Virus record (IMG/VR): IMGVR_UViG_3300031613_000001
Origin: an uncultured virus (IMG/VR IMGVR_UViG_3300031613_000001)
Taxonomy: Duplodnaviria > Heunggongvirae > Uroviricota > Caudoviricetes > Crassvirales
Length of the DNA stretch: 64,000 nt
Strand: one strand, 5' to 3'
The notes beneath the pieces are model-generated. The model saw only the letters and a list, made by a program, of their open reading frames with translations, searched no databases and was not told where the DNA came from. Below are positions 38,997 through 49,314 of the stretch, one piece after another. The number at the start of each line of letters is the position of its first letter. Position 1 is the first letter of the stretch. The position numbers were made by a program, and so were the translations under genes.

Positions 38997-39671
38997 ATGG
39001 CACATTTAGTATACATTGTAGGTGAATCAGGTACTGGTAAATCTACAAGTCTTAGGAAATTAAATCCTGACGAAACCGTAATCGTAAATACGGATCAAAA
39101 AGCACTACCTTTTAGAAAATACAAGCAAATATATAATGAAGAAAAAGGTAATTATATACAATCTAGTAATATAAAAGATGTAGTTGGAAAACTTTCAGAA
39201 GCTAATGCTAATGAAAATATCAAAACTGTTATAGTAGATACATGGTCACGTATTATGACTGATTCTGTAATGAGTAATGAATTTAACAATGCAAAAAACG
39301 GTATGCAAGCATGGGCTAACATGGCTAGAAATCAATATAAATTGATTAACTATGTTAACGATATTATGCGTAACGACATTATTGTTTATTTCTTTTGTCA
39401 TCCAGAAAAAATATATGATGATATGGGTACTATGAATCAACGAATAGCAGTTCAAGGTAAACAATTAGCAAAATTAAGCCCTGAAAGTTTTAGTAGTATA
39501 GTGTTATATACAGAGGTAAAAAAAGAGCCGGGAAAACCAGCTAGATACCTTTTTAGAACACATAATGATTCTACAGATACTTGCAAAACACCAATGGATA
39601 TGTTTGAAGAAGACTATATTGAAAATGATTTGGTGGAAGTAAATGATACAATTAGAGCATACTATGACTAA
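38997..39671 (+). CDS. AAA/Sak4-like ATPase (recombination)
   Basis: GESGTGKSTS, IVDT, TCKTPMDMF, IENDL. Confidence 0.8.
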   Translation: MAHLVYIVGESGTGKSTSLRKLNPDETVIVNTDQKALPFRKYKQIYNEEKGNYIQSSNIKDVVGKLSEANANENIKTVIVDTWSRIMTDSVMSNEFNNAKNGMQAWANMARNQYKLINYVNDIMRNDIIVYFFCHPEKIYDDMGTMNQRIAVQGKQLAKLSPESFSSIVLYTEVKKEPGKPARYLFRTHNDSTDTCKTPMDMFEEDYIENDLVEVNDTIRAYYD

Positions 39672-39727
39672 TCATTAGTTTGTATATAAGTCAGCAATGT
39701 CAACTTTAAACTTATATATAAAAATAA

Positions 39728-40342
39728 ATGATTGATTTAAACGAATTTTCGGAAACAAATAACGATGTGTTAATCTTTAACAACGGAGACGCAGGACGAG
39801 TAACAGACTTGTCTGTATCTGTTAAAAAGAAGACCGCAGAAGATAATCAAAATGCACCTGATTATAAAATACATTATACACAAGCAAATGGTGCTGATGT
39901 TAATGATGGTATTTATTACCCTCAAGATTCAGATGGCAACCCAGGCTTTGTCTTGAAAAGATTAGTTACAGTTTTACATGCAGTAAATCCTGAAAGTAAA
40001 GATGTAGCTTTACCAACTTTTCCAAGTTATACAGCAGCAGTAGATTTTCTAATGAAGAAAATTAATGAAGCTGGTAAACAAGGACATAAAGTAAATGTAT
40101 TTGTTAATTATGGTGTAAAACAGTATCCGAAAAATTATTTAACTGTTAGAAAAATCAACTTTGTTGAATCATCTTCAAAAGATGAGTCACTAAGTAGATT
40201 AAAAGCAGTTAAAAGTACAGATGTAACCAAGGTTGGTTATAATGACATTATGTCAAGACCTGAACCAGATAATAATGAAGATGTATTTCAAAGCAAGGAC
40301 AATTCTCCTGCTAATGATGAAGCAACTGATGATTTTTTCTAG
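39728..40342 (+). CDS. Probable single-stranded DNA-binding protein
   Basis: 204 aa, acidic C-terminus ending DDFF, between ATPase and primase. Confidence 0.6.
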   Translation: MIDLNEFSETNNDVLIFNNGDAGRVTDLSVSVKKKTAEDNQNAPDYKIHYTQANGADVNDGIYYPQDSDGNPGFVLKRLVTVLHAVNPESKDVALPTFPSYTAAVDFLMKKINEAGKQGHKVNVFVNYGVKQYPKNYLTVRKINFVESSSKDESLSRLKAVKSTDVTKVGYNDIMSRPEPDNNEDVFQSKDNSPANDEATDDFF

Positions 40343-40354
40343 AAGGTCAAAATT

Positions 40355-40380
40355 AAAGAGGGGGAAACCCCTCTTTTTTT
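40355..40380 (+). terminator. Rho-independent terminator
   Basis: AGAGGGG-GAAA-CCCCTCT-TTTTTT. Confidence 0.85.
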
Positions 40381-40395
40381 ATAATAAAACAAAAT

Positions 40396-41436
40396 ATGAA
40401 TATAGATTTAAATAATCATGTTCCTAAACCTTTAATAAATAGTAAAGTATTAGATCAAGAATTGACTGATAGTCAAATATATTCATTTTATATGAATACA
40501 TCTGATCTTAAACTAAACACGGCAATGAGTTCACCTCTTAGAGATGATCCAACACCTTCTTTTGGTTTCTTTTTGAATAAAAAAAGTAAAATCATTTATA
40601 ATGATTTTGTAACTGGTGGTGGGGATTGCTATAAATTTGTAAAAGAACTTTTTGGTTATTCACAATGGTTTGACGTATATAGTCAAATTGCTGTTGATTT
40701 TAATTTAGATAGTAAATATATTTGTAGTAGAAATATTACAAGTGATAAAACTAAATCTAATATTAAATATGACAAAAATATTCAAATACAAAAAAAAGCT
40801 AAGTGTGACATTGGTGTTACTAAAAGGGAATGGCAGACACATGATTTAGAATATTGGAATTCTTTTAATATATCTAAACCTATGTTAATAAAATACAGAG
40901 TTTTTCCTTTAAGATATATATTCTTAAATAAAAGACCTATTGCAGCTGACAAACATGCATATGTATATATAGAAACAAAGGATAGAAAGATTACGCATAA
41001 AATTTATCAGCCATTTAGTAAATTTAAATGGATAACTGATAATGATAATTCAGTATGGCAAGGTTGGCAACAACTTCCAAACAGAGGTGATGTTTTAATT
41101 ATAACAAAATCTTTAAAGGATGTTATGTCAATAAAAGCTACAACTGGATTTAATGCAATAGCTTTACAAAATGAAAAAGCTAATCCTAAAGATGTAGTAA
41201 TAGAAGAATTAAAAGTTAGGTTTGATAGAGTTTTTATATTATTTGATAATGATTATGATAAATCAGAAAACTGGGGACAGATTAATGGGAAAGAAATATC
41301 CCGAGATTACATGATCAAGAATTTACTAATAGAAAAAGAATATAAATCTAAAGATTTCTCTGATTTAGTTGCAAACCATGGAAAGAATTTTGCAAAAGAA
41401 TTATTAAATTCAAAAATAAACAAAAAAGATGAATAA
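40396..41436 (+). CDS. dnaG: DNA primase (crAss-type DnaG)
   Basis: SPLRDDPTPSF, DF..GGGDC..FV, IITKSLKDVM, FDND, KDFSD. Confidence 0.85.
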   Translation: MNIDLNNHVPKPLINSKVLDQELTDSQIYSFYMNTSDLKLNTAMSSPLRDDPTPSFGFFLNKKSKIIYNDFVTGGGDCYKFVKELFGYSQWFDVYSQIAVDFNLDSKYICSRNITSDKTKSNIKYDKNIQIQKKAKCDIGVTKREWQTHDLEYWNSFNISKPMLIKYRVFPLRYIFLNKRPIAADKHAYVYIETKDRKITHKIYQPFSKFKWITDNDNSVWQGWQQLPNRGDVLIITKSLKDVMSIKATTGFNAIALQNEKANPKDVVIEELKVRFDRVFILFDNDYDKSENWGQINGKEISRDYMIKNLLIEKEYKSKDFSDLVANHGKNFAKELLNSKINKKDE

Positions 41437-41818
41437 AAAAAATATGAATGTAGCAGTATATGGAACTCTTAGAACTGGTTTTCACAACCACGGTGTTTTA
41501 GGTAATTCCAAACTAATTGGTTCTGGTTGGACCAAAGAAAAGTACGAACTTACAGCAAATGGTATTCCATTTGTAAACAAAGAAAAACCAACAAGTAACG
41601 TCAGAGTAGAAGTTTATTCTGTAACACCAGAACAAATACCTTCTGTTGATAGACTTGAAGGTTATAACCCAAATGACCATGATGGATCATGGTATAAAAG
41701 ATCACCTATTGACATCACTTTGGATAATAATGAAAAAGTTAAAGCTTCTTTGTATTTCTGCAATAAAAGTGCTCAAACCTTAATTAAATCAGGTGATTAT
41801 GCAGATTATAAAAGATAA
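41429..41818 (+). CDS. Gamma-glutamylcyclotransferase (AIG2-like)
   Basis: VAVYGTLR.G..NH, EVY, DRLEGY, YKR. Confidence 0.88.
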   Translation: MNKKNMNVAVYGTLRTGFHNHGVLGNSKLIGSGWTKEKYELTANGIPFVNKEKPTSNVRVEVYSVTPEQIPSVDRLEGYNPNDHDGSWYKRSPIDITLDNNEKVKASLYFCNKSAQTLIKSGDYADYKR

Positions 41819-42257
41819 AAAATTATATACAGCTTTAAGAAGAAGAAATTCAATTAAATTAATGTTACTTGATTTAATTAATGTTAGACCTACTAGTTAT
41901 ATTAATAAAAATTTTACTAATCTTCAGTGTTGTAGAAATAGAAATAGATCTATATACGATATATATAATATATTAAAAACTGAATATAAATCAATTACAT
42001 GGAATAAATACTTAAAAATAGTTTTTAAAACAATAATTTTTGAAGATAAAACAAGATTATTTTACTGTCCTGATATTAAAGCTTTGGTTTTTACAATACC
42101 AAGATATGAAAAAGATAAAAAATATCCTTTTTTAATGAAATTAGATTATAAACCTTGGAATACTGAAAGTAGAATGAAAGAAAAAGGTTTTAAACATGAA
42201 TTTGCAAATTTAGAAAATATTAACAAAGCTTATAAAAAATATATTAATGAAAAATAA
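41793..42257 (+). CDS. Hypothetical protein
   Basis: 154-aa ORF; QC..NR.RS..D, YCPDI. Confidence 0.55.
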   Translation: MIMQIIKDKKLYTALRRRNSIKLMLLDLINVRPTSYINKNFTNLQCCRNRNRSIYDIYNILKTEYKSITWNKYLKIVFKTIIFEDKTRLFYCPDIKALVFTIPRYEKDKKYPFLMKLDYKPWNTESRMKEKGFKHEFANLENINKAYKKYINEK

Positions 42258-43134
42258 AAAAAAATATACTAAATTTAGACCAGTAATATTTAGTAGGCAT
42301 CCTTCTCATACAAATTTAAGAAGAAAAAATGCTAAAATTGAATTAGTTCCCTTTAAATCAGTAGTAAGATTAGGTTCTACTACTGATAAAGAAGACACTG
42401 TTACCAATGGTGGTAATAGAATAGAACTTAATACAATTGAAGCTGTTCGTAATAGTAGTAGTAAACTTCGTATGAAAAATTGTTTTCAAAACGCAGAACC
42501 AAGTGTTAAATCAGCAGACTGGTATAGATCTAGTAATGACAATAATATGTTTTTATTGCAAACAAAAGCTGAAATAATAAGAGTGCGTTTAGAAGATATG
42601 CCACTACCATTAGTTGCTAAATCATTATATGGTAGTAGAGGTCAAGGTAATACTTTACTTAACACAACAGAAGAAATTACAAGTTATCTAAGATCTGGTG
42701 TTGATTTAAGTAATCGTATTTTTGAACGTTATTATAACTATTCAAGAGAATACAGACTACATGTTGATGCTAATGGTTGTTTTTATACTTGTCGTAAAAT
42801 GATGAAAAAAGATACTCCTAATGAAAACAAATGGTATAGAAACGATGATAATTGTGTGTGGATATTAGAAAATAATGAAGCATTTGATAAACCTACTAAT
42901 TGGGATAATGTTGTTAATGAATCAGTAAAAGCTTTAAAAGCTGTTGGTCTTGATTTTGGTGCTATTGATCTTAGAATACAAAATTCTACAGATAGAGATG
43001 GTAATAAAAGACAAGAACCAGAATTTATTATAGTAGAGATAAATTCAGCACCAAGTTTTGGTGAAGTTACTGAACAAAAATATATAGAGCATATACCAGT
43101 AATGTTAAAAAATAAATATAATGAAAGTATTTAA
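42247..43134 (+). CDS. ATP-grasp ligase
   Basis: PLVAK...GSRGQG, EYRLHV, GLDFGAID, EINSAP. Confidence 0.85.
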   Translation: MKNKKKYTKFRPVIFSRHPSHTNLRRKNAKIELVPFKSVVRLGSTTDKEDTVTNGGNRIELNTIEAVRNSSSKLRMKNCFQNAEPSVKSADWYRSSNDNNMFLLQTKAEIIRVRLEDMPLPLVAKSLYGSRGQGNTLLNTTEEITSYLRSGVDLSNRIFERYYNYSREYRLHVDANGCFYTCRKMMKKDTPNENKWYRNDDNCVWILENNEAFDKPTNWDNVVNESVKALKAVGLDFGAIDLRIQNSTDRDGNKRQEPEFIIVEINSAPSFGEVTEQKYIEHIPVMLKNKYNESI

Positions 43135-43399
43135 AATTATAAAAGAAATTGGTGATAATTTAGAAAGTACATCTTTTTATGAAACTGGTATTTATTTAGT
43201 TACTTTAAGACCTAATTTTATAGAAAGATTATTTGGTTATAAACAAGAAGTTGTTAGAATAAAACCAACAACTAATATTTATAGTTTTGGTGAAGATAGA
43301 GTTTACTTAGAAGAAAATGGAAAAGAATTAAGTAATGATAATTATATAGTTAAAGCTATAGATAATTACAAAAGAAAATTTAATATTAAAAATAAATAA
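43121..43399 (+). CDS. Hypothetical protein
   Basis: 92-aa ORF. Confidence 0.55.
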   Translation: MKVFKIIKEIGDNLESTSFYETGIYLVTLRPNFIERLFGYKQEVVRIKPTTNIYSFGEDRVYLEENGKELSNDNYIVKAIDNYKRKFNIKNK

Positions 43400-43409
43400 A
43401 GAAAAAACA

Positions 43410-44183
43410 ATGTCAAAAAAGAAAACAGTAGTAGGAATTTTAGCTCATAATCATTTTGGTAAATATCAACCAGGATATGGTCAAAATGCAGCTTATATTC
43501 ATTTTGCAAGAAGCTTTGATGCTGATGTAATAATGATAGATGCTCAAAATGAATCTATTATTCCAGTTGATCTTCTTATTTTACCAGGAGGTAGAGATGT
43601 AAATCCACTTAGATATGGTGAACGACCACATTATATGACTGATTCTCCAGATATGGAATATGAAGCATTTTATGATAAAAATTTAGGTGCTATAAATGGT
43701 TATATTGAACGTGCTGAAAAAGGATTAACTGCTATATATGGTATATGTGCAGGTTTTCAGAATTTAAATGTTCACTTTGGTGGTACAATAGTTCAACATG
43801 TTAATAATGATAGATCAACTACATTTAGAGGAGAACTTGTTGATGATTTAGAATCAGTAGTAGAAAATTTTCCAAAAGATTATATTGGCATAAAAAGTCC
43901 TTTTAATAAAAAAGAAAAATTGAGTTATACATATAATATACCTGGTTTATTTAAAACTAACTCAATTCATCATCAAGCAATTTTTAGTCATAATCTTTCT
44001 GATCATTTTTTACCATTAGCTTATGATTGTAAACATGGTAATATTGAATTTATGATTCATAAAGAATTACCTATAGCTGCTGAACAATCTCATCCGGAAG
44101 AAAGAGAAAATCCTTTTGTGGCAATTGGTATTATTAACACATTATTAAATAGAATACAAAAAAATGAAAAAAGAGAAAATTAA
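43410..44183 (+). CDS. Class I glutamine amidotransferase / peptidase C26
   Basis: LILPGGRDVNP..YG, GICAGFQ.LNV.FGG, NSIHHQA, QSHPE. Confidence 0.88.
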   Translation: MSKKKTVVGILAHNHFGKYQPGYGQNAAYIHFARSFDADVIMIDAQNESIIPVDLLILPGGRDVNPLRYGERPHYMTDSPDMEYEAFYDKNLGAINGYIERAEKGLTAIYGICAGFQNLNVHFGGTIVQHVNNDRSTTFRGELVDDLESVVENFPKDYIGIKSPFNKKEKLSYTYNIPGLFKTNSIHHQAIFSHNLSDHFLPLAYDCKHGNIEFMIHKELPIAAEQSHPEERENPFVAIGIINTLLNRIQKNEKREN

Positions 44184-44811
44184 AATATTTACGTTATATG
44201 CGTATCTTACTGTACAGTATTTAGATTTTTTTAGTGATAAATATGACGTTGTAATAACTGAAGATCCTAATGAAGAAGATATAACCATTGCTTTATTTAC
44301 AGGTGGTGAAGATGTTAATCCTGATTATTATGGTGAAAGTATTGGATCAAGTACTTTTATTAATATTAAAAGAGATACTTTAGAACAAGAAGCTTTTAAT
44401 AGTTTATCACCACATATTTTAAAAGTTGGTATTTGTAGAGGATCTCAATTTTTAACTGTGATGAATAATGGTAGATTAATTCAACACGTTAGTGGTCACG
44501 GACAAAGTCATGATGTTATAGATAAAGAAGAAAATATTTTTGAAGTTACATCTACTCATCATCAAATGATGTATCCTTTTGATTTAGATAAATCTGAATA
44601 TGAAATAATAGCAACTTCTAAAATTAATATTTCTGAAAAATATCTTGATGGTAATGATCAAGAAATTAATTTAAGTAAGGATTTTAAAGAATGCGAAATT
44701 GTTTATTATAATAAAACAAAAAGTCTTGCTATTCAAGGTCATCCTGAATTTAATTATGCTACTGATGAATTTAAAAAATATTGCTATAACCTAATCGACA
44801 AATTATTATAA
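44164..44811 (+). CDS. Class I glutamine amidotransferase / peptidase C26 (second)
   Basis: FTGGEDVNP..YG, GICRGSQ, TSTHHQM, QGHPE. Confidence 0.88.
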   Translation: MKKEKIKIFTLYAYLTVQYLDFFSDKYDVVITEDPNEEDITIALFTGGEDVNPDYYGESIGSSTFINIKRDTLEQEAFNSLSPHILKVGICRGSQFLTVMNNGRLIQHVSGHGQSHDVIDKEENIFEVTSTHHQMMYPFDLDKSEYEIIATSKINISEKYLDGNDQEINLSKDFKECEIVYYNKTKSLAIQGHPEFNYATDEFKKYCYNLIDKLL

Positions 44812-44812
44812 T

Positions 44813-45676
44813 ATGAATTTAGAAAAAAAATATGAATACAAAAATTTAACAATTGGATCTGATCCTGAAATTTTTGTTAGAGATGTTAAAACTAAAAAAT
44901 TAGCATCTATAATAGGTATCATCAATGCTACAAAAGAAGAACCTTTATCAATTGGTGAAGGTTGTTTTATTCAAGAAGATAATATACTCGCTGAGTTTAA
45001 TATCCCAGCTTGTAAAACTAAAGAAGCGTTTGTTAGTGCAATGAATTATGCAAAATCGCATATTGAATTGATAATAGCACCTCGTGGTTTAGAGCTTCAT
45101 TATGCAAGTAGTGAAAAAGTAAATAATGATATTTTAAAAGATAAAGCTGCTCATGTATTTGGATGTGCTTCATCATATAATTGTATTACTGAAAAACCTT
45201 CTAATATGGAAGATTTAGATACATCTAAATTAAAAATGAGATCTTCTGGTTTTCATATTCATTTTGGTTGGGAAAATCCAACTGAAGAACAGAGAGACAG
45301 ACTTTGTATGATGTTTGAATTAGGAGTTTCATTACCTTTAATTTTAGAAGATAATGATTATTATAATAGAAGATCTTTATATGGTAAATTTGGAGATTCT
45401 AGAGATAAAGATTATGGTGTTGAATGCAGATCTTTAGGAGGTTATTTTTTAAAAGATGAAGAAAGTATCAGTAACATATGGGATAGATCTTTAATGGCTG
45501 TTAAAATGGCTGAAGAATGGGATATATCTAATGAAGATCTCAGAAAAGATATATTAAAATATTTAAATCCAGAAAAAGAAGAATTGGATTTAGATAAAAT
45601 TAATATACTTGTTGAGAAATACGAAATAAAAAAATTAATTCAAAAATACAAAATAAAAGAATATGTTAATATTTAA
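44813..45676 (+). CDS. phiEco32-like COOH-NH2 ligase
   Basis: IGSDPEIF, QEDNILAEFN, FGC, RSSGFHIHFG, RRSLYG..G..R.K.YGVECR. Confidence 0.85.
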   Translation: MNLEKKYEYKNLTIGSDPEIFVRDVKTKKLASIIGIINATKEEPLSIGEGCFIQEDNILAEFNIPACKTKEAFVSAMNYAKSHIELIIAPRGLELHYASSEKVNNDILKDKAAHVFGCASSYNCITEKPSNMEDLDTSKLKMRSSGFHIHFGWENPTEEQRDRLCMMFELGVSLPLILEDNDYYNRRSLYGKFGDSRDKDYGVECRSLGGYFLKDEESISNIWDRSLMAVKMAEEWDISNEDLRKDILKYLNPEKEELDLDKINILVEKYEIKKLIQKYKIKEYVNI

Positions 45677-47786
45677 TATAGTACTTACATGTTTAATACT
45701 TCAAATGTTATTAAATATTTTTAGTATTAATAAACAAAAAGAAACACTTTCTTGTGGAATATTTGGATGGACAGGTTCTGAATCTTCATTATTTGACATA
45801 GATAAATTTAAAATATTAGGTATATTAAACCAATCTAGAGGTAAAGATTCATGTGGTGTATATATGAATGAAGAACTTTACAAGGGTGACAATATAGGAA
45901 CTAATAACGAGGCTTTATTTACAGATATGATGATTCATCAGAAACTAAAAATTGAAAAAGAATCTAAAATTGTAATTGGTCATACTAGAAATTCATCAAG
46001 AGCTGGTATTAAAAGTGTAGATAATACACATCCTTTTATGTTTGAAATAGAAAATAATCATAATTTTATAGGTGCTCATAATGGTACTCTTGACAATCAT
46101 GTTTTTCTTGCTGAAAAATATGATATTAAACTTACAGATAATAATGGAAGAGTTAAAGTAGATAGTGAAATATTATTAGAAATAATATCTAAAACTACTT
46201 CTGATAATCCTCATTATATTAAAGTTTTACAAGAATATAAAGGAGCAGCTGCTTTAGTTATGCATTCTACTAAAGATCCTGATATAATGTATGTTTATAG
46301 AGGTAGATCTAAAAAGTTTGATTATAGTACTTCTCAAATACAAGATGAAAGACCTTTACATTACTGGAATAATTCTAAATCAAGTATGTATTTTTCTTCA
46401 GATTATGAACCTCTTGAGCTTATTGCTAATAAAAAACACAATGAAAAAGATTCTAACATATTTACATTTAAATCAAACGTTTTATATACTATTAAAAAAG
46501 GTGTTATAATAAGTATGAATGAAATAGATAGATCTAAAAACAAAAAGTATATTAGTATGCATGAGTTTAAATCTCAATCTAGAAATAATAACAAAAAGAA
46601 AAACATTTTTGTTAGAAAAACTGATACTTATGTTAATAAGCAACCTAATAGATCTAAAAATATCATGTATAAATCAGAAAGCGAAAAGATGAGAGAAAAT
46701 GTTATTTCTAACATGTCTAATGAAGAAGCTAATATATGTAAAAGTATTTTTTATGAAAAAGTTATTAGAAATGAAAAAAATGTTAAAAATAACAGAATTT
46801 ATTTTGAAAATTTTAGATATAAACAAAATGGTAAATTTCCAGCTGACGGTGCTTATATTCACTCTGATAATAATGGTTTTGTTTTCTTAAGTAAAAGTAT
46901 TACTGAAGCTAAAGAAAAACTTAAGAAATTATCAATAAAAGATAGTGAAACTAGTTCTTTAGTTACTATACATAATGCAGATTTAGATTTATTTTATATT
47001 GTTGATGGTATTTTACTTAATAAAGAACTTGATTATAAAATTATTACAGAAAGAGGTGTTGATAAATATACTGTTATTGATCTTTCACATATGAGTATGT
47101 ATCCTATTACTAGTTATTATGAACCATCTTATTTGAAAAATAAAAAAGATACTCTTTTATACAAAGAACATAATCTTACTAAAAATCAAATTTTAAGAAA
47201 TGGTAAGTATGTTAAATCTGAAAGTATTCAACCTATATCTTCTACTTACATTTATATAATAAAAGATGGTATAATAAGTAATTCTTTTTATAATCAAGTA
47301 TGGAATAGTACCAAACAATATAAAGTTTTAAAAAATGGTAAAGTAAATGTTACAAACGCTTATAAACCTATATTACCAGTAGTAATTAAAAATCCTAATA
47401 GTGGTACTTTTGAAATTAATGTAAATTCTTTAATTAGTGAAAAAATAAAAGATGAAAATATTGATGATGAAGAAATTGAATTTTTAGAAAATGATAATAA
47501 AAAAGATAAATTAAAATATTCATTATCGGATTTTAAAGAAACTATAGAAAGTGCATTAGAGTTAGGTGTAGAAATATCTAATGATAATTATGATGATAAT
47601 GAAGTTGCAATGACTTTATTTCATTTTTGTCAAAATTTAGAAGATATTTATAATCCTATGAAAAAATGGTTAGATAATTATTTAAGTTTGGATAATAATC
47701 TTGAAATTGATGAATATGATGAATATTATGATGATGAAGAAGTAATGTTTATAGAACAAAAACGATTTAATACTACTGGTAACTAA
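45663..47786 (+). CDS. Class II (Ntn) glutamine amidotransferase with hydrophobic leader and long C-terminal extension
   Basis: CGIFG at residue 31, RGKDSCG, GHTR, NTHPF, AHNGTL, VDSE, ERPL. Confidence 0.82.
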   Translation: MLIFNIVLTCLILQMLLNIFSINKQKETLSCGIFGWTGSESSLFDIDKFKILGILNQSRGKDSCGVYMNEELYKGDNIGTNNEALFTDMMIHQKLKIEKESKIVIGHTRNSSRAGIKSVDNTHPFMFEIENNHNFIGAHNGTLDNHVFLAEKYDIKLTDNNGRVKVDSEILLEIISKTTSDNPHYIKVLQEYKGAAALVMHSTKDPDIMYVYRGRSKKFDYSTSQIQDERPLHYWNNSKSSMYFSSDYEPLELIANKKHNEKDSNIFTFKSNVLYTIKKGVIISMNEIDRSKNKKYISMHEFKSQSRNNNKKKNIFVRKTDTYVNKQPNRSKNIMYKSESEKMRENVISNMSNEEANICKSIFYEKVIRNEKNVKNNRIYFENFRYKQNGKFPADGAYIHSDNNGFVFLSKSITEAKEKLKKLSIKDSETSSLVTIHNADLDLFYIVDGILLNKELDYKIITERGVDKYTVIDLSHMSMYPITSYYEPSYLKNKKDTLLYKEHNLTKNQILRNGKYVKSESIQPISSTYIYIIKDGIISNSFYNQVWNSTKQYKVLKNGKVNVTNAYKPILPVVIKNPNSGTFEINVNSLISEKIKDENIDDEEIEFLENDNKKDKLKYSLSDFKETIESALELGVEISNDNYDDNEVAMTLFHFCQNLEDIYNPMKKWLDNYLSLDNNLEIDEYDEYYDDEEVMFIEQKRFNTTGN

Positions 47787-47799
47787 TAAAAATAATAAA

Positions 47800-49314
47800 A
47801 TGATAGTTAAAACCTATAATGGTAAAAATATCGATAAATTAAAATGTCGAAAAATTAAAAATGAATATTATGAAATAGGTAATATTGAAGTTAAAAATAG
47901 TGGAGGATGTTATAAAGTAAATAATAAGTATCACAGATTTAATAATGGTCTTATTGAATATGATCACGAAAATAAATCTTATGTATTAGTAAATAAACAA
48001 CTTTTAACAAAAGGTATTATTAATATAAATGATGATGATACTTTTGAATTAGGTTTTTTTAGTCCAAATGTTACTGAAAATATAAAAGTTTCATTAGATA
48101 AATTTTCTTTTCAAACATGTATTAATAAAAATGTATTAAATAATAATTACTTAGAGCATTATAACACTGGTGTTTTTTACAAAAAAGATATGATGTCAAA
48201 ATCATCTTTTAAAAAAATTGGAAAAGCACCTGTAGATAAAAATACTTTAAATTATGATAGTAGATTTGTTAGTAAAATGATTGAAAAATCATATTCTGAT
48301 TATTATAAACCTTCCACTAAAAATAAAATGGTAGAAGAATTTGGATTATTATTAGAAAAAAATGGTATCACTTTTGGTCTTGAATTTGAAACATCTAGAG
48401 GTTATTTACCAGATAGATTATGTTATAAACATGGAATAATAGCATTGAGAGATGGTAGTATTTCAGGTTTAGAATATGTAACAGTACCTTTATCTGGTAC
48501 AAAAGGTTTATACAATGTTATGGAAATTTGTAATCTGTTAAAAGAAAGAACACAATACGATTATAATTGTTCATTACACCTTCATTTAGGTGGTCTTAAA
48601 AGAACTCCTAATAATATTCTTGCTATTAATAATATATCAACTTTATTAGAACGTGATATTTATTCTTTACAACCTTTGTATAAAGAAATTTCTACAAATT
48701 ATGATAAAAATAAAAATTATAGTGGTCCTATGAATACTACTTCATTAGAAATAATGATGGATTATAAAAATACTGATATTAAAAAACTTAAACAAATTGC
48801 TTTTGATAATTTATTTAGTGGTTTATCAGGAGGTTATACTTTTTCCGAATTTGGTGAAGATTTAGCCAATGTAAATAAACATCCTAAAGATCCTAATGGT
48901 ACTTCTAAATGGAATATTAAAGCTAGGTATGTGTGGTTTAATATGATACCTATTATATTTACTAATATGAAAACTGTTGAATTTAGACAACATAACAATA
49001 CTTTTGATTTTTTTAAAATATTTCATTTTATGTTAATGTCATCTGTAATTGTAGTTTCTGCTAATAAGTTAGAAAATAAATTTAATGACCCTAAATTTTT
49101 AAAATCCTTTAGCAAACTTAATAATAAATATAGTTCACTTTTAAAGCTTCTTAATAAAAAAGCTCCTGAATTTAGTAATTTACTTTGTGATAGTAATCAA
49201 AAATATTTTGATGAAAGAGTTGAAGTAATGAAAGAAATGAACAAAAAAGATCCCAAAGGTCTTAGTGAACATTCTTATTATAGTAGTTTTACAGATTCAG
49301 TAATTGAAAAATAA
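47800..49314 (+). CDS. Putative amidoligase (COOH-NH2 ligase fold)
   Basis: TFGLEFET, DGSISGLEYVT.P, CSLHLH, RY.WFN, TVEFRQH. Confidence 0.82.
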   Translation: MIVKTYNGKNIDKLKCRKIKNEYYEIGNIEVKNSGGCYKVNNKYHRFNNGLIEYDHENKSYVLVNKQLLTKGIININDDDTFELGFFSPNVTENIKVSLDKFSFQTCINKNVLNNNYLEHYNTGVFYKKDMMSKSSFKKIGKAPVDKNTLNYDSRFVSKMIEKSYSDYYKPSTKNKMVEEFGLLLEKNGITFGLEFETSRGYLPDRLCYKHGIIALRDGSISGLEYVTVPLSGTKGLYNVMEICNLLKERTQYDYNCSLHLHLGGLKRTPNNILAINNISTLLERDIYSLQPLYKEISTNYDKNKNYSGPMNTTSLEIMMDYKNTDIKKLKQIAFDNLFSGLSGGYTFSEFGEDLANVNKHPKDPNGTSKWNIKARYVWFNMIPIIFTNMKTVEFRQHNNTFDFFKIFHFMLMSSVIVVSANKLENKFNDPKFLKSFSKLNNKYSSLLKLLNKKAPEFSNLLCDSNQKYFDERVEVMKEMNKKDPKGLSEHSYYSSFTDSVIEK

